NCBI GenBank assembly: GCA_034520965.1
Contig: JAXHMY010000007.1
Location: forward strand, 162,785-226,784
DNA length: 64,000 nucleotides
Source of the DNA: Spirochaetia bacterium
Lineage (GTDB): Bacteria > Spirochaetota > Spirochaetia > DSM-16054 > Sediminispirochaetaceae
Direction: 5' to 3'
The notes under the pieces are model-generated. The model saw nothing but the letters and a program-made list of their open reading frames with translations, searched no databases and was not told the origin of the DNA. The stretch's first letter is position 1, and the number at the start of each line of letters is the position of its first letter. Of the stretch, positions 60,128 through 64,000 are shown in pieces. The position numbers and the translations under genes were made by a program.

Positions 60128-61303
60128 ATGATACGACGAACCATTGAGAAAGAGCTTATTACAACTTCCCGGGAATACCCCGTGGTTACGATCACCGGGC
60201 CTCGCCAGGCAGGTAAAACCACTCTTGCTCGTAACACCTTTCCCAACCATACATATGTAAACCTGGAACAGCCGGAGATACGAGCTTTTGCGTTGGAGGA
60301 TCCGAAGGGCTTCTTTCACCGTTTTCCAGCGCCACTCATTATCGATGAAATTCAGCGAGTTTCGGAGCTACTCTCCTGGATTCAGGTCATCAGCGATGAA
60401 AACCAGGATAAAACAGCTCAGTTCATTTTAACCGGAAGTCACCAGCCGGCTCTCAGACAGGCGATTAGTCAATCATTGGCCGGTAGAACGGCCCTTTTAC
60501 ACCTGTTGCCGTTAAGCCTTGAGGAGTTGCCCCCTTCGGAAAGGGAAAAAAGCAGATCCGAGCTCCTTCTAAAGGGATTCATGCCCCGGCTTTACGATAA
60601 ACCCGTGCGGCCCGGCAGGTACTACCGGGATTACTATGCTACCTATGTAGAACGGGATGTCCGGCAGCTCATGGCTATAGAGAATCAACAATCCTTCGAG
60701 CTTTTTCTTCGTCTTCTAGCCGCCAGGACAGGCCAAATAGTGAATTTCTCTCAGCTGGCGAGCCAGGTGGGCATGAGTGCGCCCGGGATCAAGAAATGGT
60801 TCGGGATTCTCGAGGCTTCATACATTATATTCAAGCTGCCCCCCTATTATCGCAATCTGGGGAAAAGGCTGACAAAATCGCCAAAAATCTACTTTACCGA
60901 ACCGGGTCTCGCGGTGTATTTGCTGGGAATAGAGAATGGCGACCAGCTGGAACGGGATCCTGCTTTCGGAGGAATCTTTGAAAACATGGTTATCGTCGAT
61001 ATACTCAAGCACCGTTATAATCAGGGTAAGGAGGCGGGGCTCTTTTTCTTTCGAGACCACCACGGCAACGAGGTAGACCTGCTCGTGCCGGAGAGTAGAA
61101 AGAAAACTACTTCAATTCCGGTTGAGATAAAATCTTCACGGACCTATCGAAGCGATTTTCTAAAGGGCATTTCATATTTCAAAAAGCTTGTTCCCGAGGC
61201 ACCGCCAGGCGTATTAATCTACGACGGAGACTTGGAGTTCGAGAAACCGGAAGGCTCAGCTTTGAACTTCAGGAACACTGGCGAATTTTTTCAACGTTCG
61301 TAG
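60128..61303 (+). CDS. AAA_14 ATPase with DUF4143 C-terminal PD-(D/E)XK-like domain
   Basis: ITGPRQAGKTTL, IIDEIQR, LTGS, SLAGR, KSPKIYFTEPGL, FENMV, EVDLL...VEIKS. Confidence 0.93.
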   Translation: MIRRTIEKELITTSREYPVVTITGPRQAGKTTLARNTFPNHTYVNLEQPEIRAFALEDPKGFFHRFPAPLIIDEIQRVSELLSWIQVISDENQDKTAQFILTGSHQPALRQAISQSLAGRTALLHLLPLSLEELPPSEREKSRSELLLKGFMPRLYDKPVRPGRYYRDYYATYVERDVRQLMAIENQQSFELFLRLLAARTGQIVNFSQLASQVGMSAPGIKKWFGILEASYIIFKLPPYYRNLGKRLTKSPKIYFTEPGLAVYLLGIENGDQLERDPAFGGIFENMVIVDILKHRYNQGKEAGLFFFRDHHGNEVDLLVPESRKKTTSIPVEIKSSRTYRSDFLKGISYFKKLVPEAPPGVLIYDGDLEFEKPEGSALNFRNTGEFFQRS

Positions 61304-61467
61304 AGTTCCATTACATACCGATTGATTTTTGTACCTGCAGATGGTCCGGTTGCAGAGATCTGGGCTTCAAAATTGAGCCAAAATTGTGTTGCACGCCGAC
61401 GCAGAGGTTTTCTATCAGCTGCGTTCAGTCATTGATAAGAGTTTATCTTCCCATTATTTTGCATAGT

Positions 61468-61635
61468 CACCCCTATGGACCGGTTCCGCTGGATTACGAT
61501 GACGGAACAAGTACGGTTAAAGCCGGCAAAGGTTCAACAGCATTACGCAAAGATGCACCTTTTTCAGATAACGAATTGGAAACGATTAAAAGGGTGGTAA
61601 ATAGATGGAAAAAATGCAACGGCACAGAAACTGTC
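61468..61635 (+). pseudogene. Panacea (DUF4065/SocA-like) antitoxin remnant
   Basis: PYGPVPLDYD...FSDNELETIKRVVNRWK; no proper start or end. Confidence 0.5.
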
Positions 61636-61752
61636 GGAAATGGCAATCCGATTCTCGCATCGTTTGCAACTAAGCTATTGCCGTATATAGGATTGGGAAC
61701 AGGGGGTATGGAGAGATTTTGTAGTGATAGGTTGAAATTAAAGATCTTCTAT

Positions 61753-61781
61753 TTGACTTTAGCCCTGAAAATGGATAAAAT
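61753..61781 (+). promoter_or_regulatory. Sigma-70 promoter
   Basis: TTGACT-17-TAAAAT upstream of 61823. Confidence 0.6.
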
Positions 61782-61822
61782 AGAACTGTATTTTGTGAAA
61801 TATTCACAAATAGGGGTAAAAA

Positions 61823-63169
61823 ATGCTTATTGAGTTTAGTATTGGCAACTTCAAGTCGTATAAGGATATCTCAACCATTAGCTTGCTGGCATCCTCTGAC
61901 ACCACCCATCTTAAAAACAATGTGGTCGATTATCCGCTCCAGTCTGCGCAAAAGAATAGGAGAATGAACATCTTAAAAAGTGCCGTCCTGTATGGTGCAA
62001 ATGCCTCAGGTAAAAGCAATCTGTTTGATGCGCTCAAGTTTGTTAAGTATTTTGTTTTTAACTCATCCAAGAACATGCAGGTAAGTGAAAACATCCCGAC
62101 AGAACCATGTAGAGTCAGCACCTTTTCAGACTCGGAGCCTTCTCACTTTGAGTTGATCTTCAGCCATGAGAAGATACTGTATCGGTATGGGTTTGATGTG
62201 AGCTCAGAGAAAGTAGTCAACGAGTGGTTGTTTTTTTCACCAAAGGGTAAAGAAGCCAAGCTTTTTGTCAGAGAAGGTCAGAACTTTCAGCTCGGCGAGT
62301 ATTTTAAGGAAGGCAAGGGCTTGGATGAAAAGACCCGTGAAAACGCCCTCTTTCTCTCGGTGTGCGCCCAGTTCAATGGAGATATCTCGACTAAGGTTTT
62401 AAAATGGTTCAGCAGCTTTAATGTGATCTCGGGAATCGAAGATAAAAGCTATTTGAAATTTACCTTGGATCAGCTGGGGAATGAGATATTCCTGAATGAG
62501 CTGAAGAACTTTCTCCAGATTGCGGATGTGGGAATCGAAGATATCAACTTTGAGCAGAGGAGTGTAGATATTGATGAGATTCCGGACGAAATCAAGGCTC
62601 TTTTTCTAAAAAACAAATCTATGGGAAAAACTACAGTTGATAATATGAAGGACGAAATCAAGGTCAAAGCCTTAGAGAATAAATTTCGTTTTATGCACCG
62701 ACAATTTGATCAGGATGGTCAATCCGCAGAAATGGTTCCATTTACCCTTGAACAGGAATCCCAGGGAACCCAGAAACTATTCGCCCTCTCCGGTCCTCTG
62801 ATTATACTCTCAAGTACGGCAAAACCCTCCTCATCGACGAGCTTGATACTCGACTTCATCCGCTCATCACACAATTTATTCTCCGGCTTTTTCATTCAGC
62901 TGAGAAAAATCCCAACAATGCTCAGCTTATCTGTGCCACCCATGATGTGCAGCTGCTCAGCAACAGGATCTTTCGACGCGACCAGATATGGTTTACCGAA
63001 AAAAATAAATACGACGTAACCCGATCTTTACTCTCTCAGCGACTATACCGTCCGTAAGGACGCGACTTTTAATAAAGATTACATTCTGGGAAAGTATGGT
63101 GCTGTTCCCTATGTAAGCGATCGATCTGTACTCTATGGAACAGAAAGTGAGCCGGAAGAAGCAAAGTAG
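61823..63169 (+). CDS. RloA/AbiLi-like AAA_21 ATPase (frameshifts near 62800 and 63020)
   Basis: MLIEFSIGNFKSY, YGANASGKSN, ESQGTQKL; shifted frames give IDELDTRLHP, QLICATHD, FRRDQIWF, YILGKYGAVP. Confidence 0.88.
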
Positions 63170-63241
63170 ACAATCCTCAGCTTATCTGAAGAGGGGGAAA
63201 ACCCTCAACAGAACCGTAGGATCCCGAGGTGCCCCGAAACA

Positions 63242-63394
63242 GCAGGCGTTCGGTAACTCCGGACACGGCATTGCGACTGTCTCGTGTTCTGGGTATGTCT
63301 GCGGATTTTTGGCTGGGCCCACAGCAAGACTGGGATCTCTGGCACGCAATGAACAATCCCCAGGCAGAGAAGATTAAACATTTGAAATCGATTT
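63242..63394 (+). pseudogene. Duplicated 3' half of higA
   Basis: Near-identical to 53435-53587. Confidence 0.9.
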
Positions 63395-63505
63395 ATGTAA
63401 AATAGACCAGCGATACTTATTGACAAGTATAGGTAGTTTTTTTTACACAGAACTTTACTACACTTTTTACTTTACTTAGCTGCAAGTAACGTGTAAAATG
63501 TCAGA

Positions 63506-64000
63506 ATGAAGCGATGACTACCGAGACAAAATCCTTAAAATCTTCAATCAACAATCTGGATACGCCCGCACAAAGGATATAAAAAATCATGGAATACATC
63601 ACTCACATCTAAATGAACTTCAGAAGGACGGAACAATAGTCAAATTGAAACATGGTCTCTACTGTCTATCTGATAATAGCCAGTTCAATTCGCTTAAAGA
63701 GGCACAGGTCTACATTCCAAGCGGAATAATCTGTCTCGGAACCGCTCTATCCTACTATGGGCTTTCCACCTGGATCCTCCGGAGGTTCATATCGCGATTC
63801 CAAAAAGCCGCAAGGTAAAATCTCCCGATTATCCTCCCATACGGATCTACTATTTCTCCGGTATCTTCTACGAAACAGGCATAGTACATGAATCCACCGA
63901 ATCAGGCGTCACGATTCAAATCTATGATATCGAAAAACAGTCTGCGATATTGTACGCTACAGAAATCAAATCGGGACCGACATTATGAAAAGAAGCCCAA
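63506..64000 (+). CDS. AbiEi-family type IV TA antitoxin (frameshifted, runs off the window)
   Basis: Manual translation: DYRDKILKIFNQQSGYARTKDI...GTIVKLKHGLY...GIICLGTALSYYGLST...PEVHIAIP...IYDIEK..CDIVRYRNQIG. Confidence 0.8.

Noticed and set aside
1..64000. tRNA/rRNA genes, prophage or conjugation genes, island integrase
   Set aside because: None recognised by eye; island boundaries cannot be defined from this window

Overview
Accessory/defence-rich 64 kb region. The host is probably a spirochaete-like bacterium (inferred from lipoproteins, CsgG-like/beta-barrel proteins and a BDR-like coiled-coil protein). Many single-base indels in homopolymers suggest an imperfect long-read assembly. 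(1) 1-18.4 kb: MNT-HEPN pair, SWIM-SNF2 helicase and three Rpn (YhgA-like) paralogues, with a nested palindromic repeat in most intergenic regions. This part also holds a CARF-domain sigma-54 activator with four GG-N10-GC sigma-54 promoters and three copies of a palindromic operator. These sites lie upstream of envelope genes (a WYL-TM-EF-hand-transglutaminase fusion, a beta-barrel, PrsW-TPR, two lipoproteins) and of the activator itself; this is the best candidate for an undescribed system. (2) 18.5-46.7 kb: a type 1 BREX locus (brxA-brxB-brxC-pglX-pglZ-brxL) loaded with cargo. A CdnE-Cap15 CBASS follows brxC. pglX is split into two genes by about 7.8 kb of defence genes (nuclease-RAMA, ABC ATPase + DUF4276-like, McrBC, Schlafen/AlbA_2), and an IS66 is inserted in its second half. 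An AlbA_2-HATPase gene and an MqsR/MqsA-like three-gene module precede pglZ. (3) 46.9-64 kb: exonuclease-RecQ-UvrD fusion plus a PD-(D/E)XK nuclease, HigBA, three CsgG-TPR-barrel paralogues, and TA/Abi genes and remnants joined by short dispersed repeats. All family calls come from motif recognition by eye; no database search was run.
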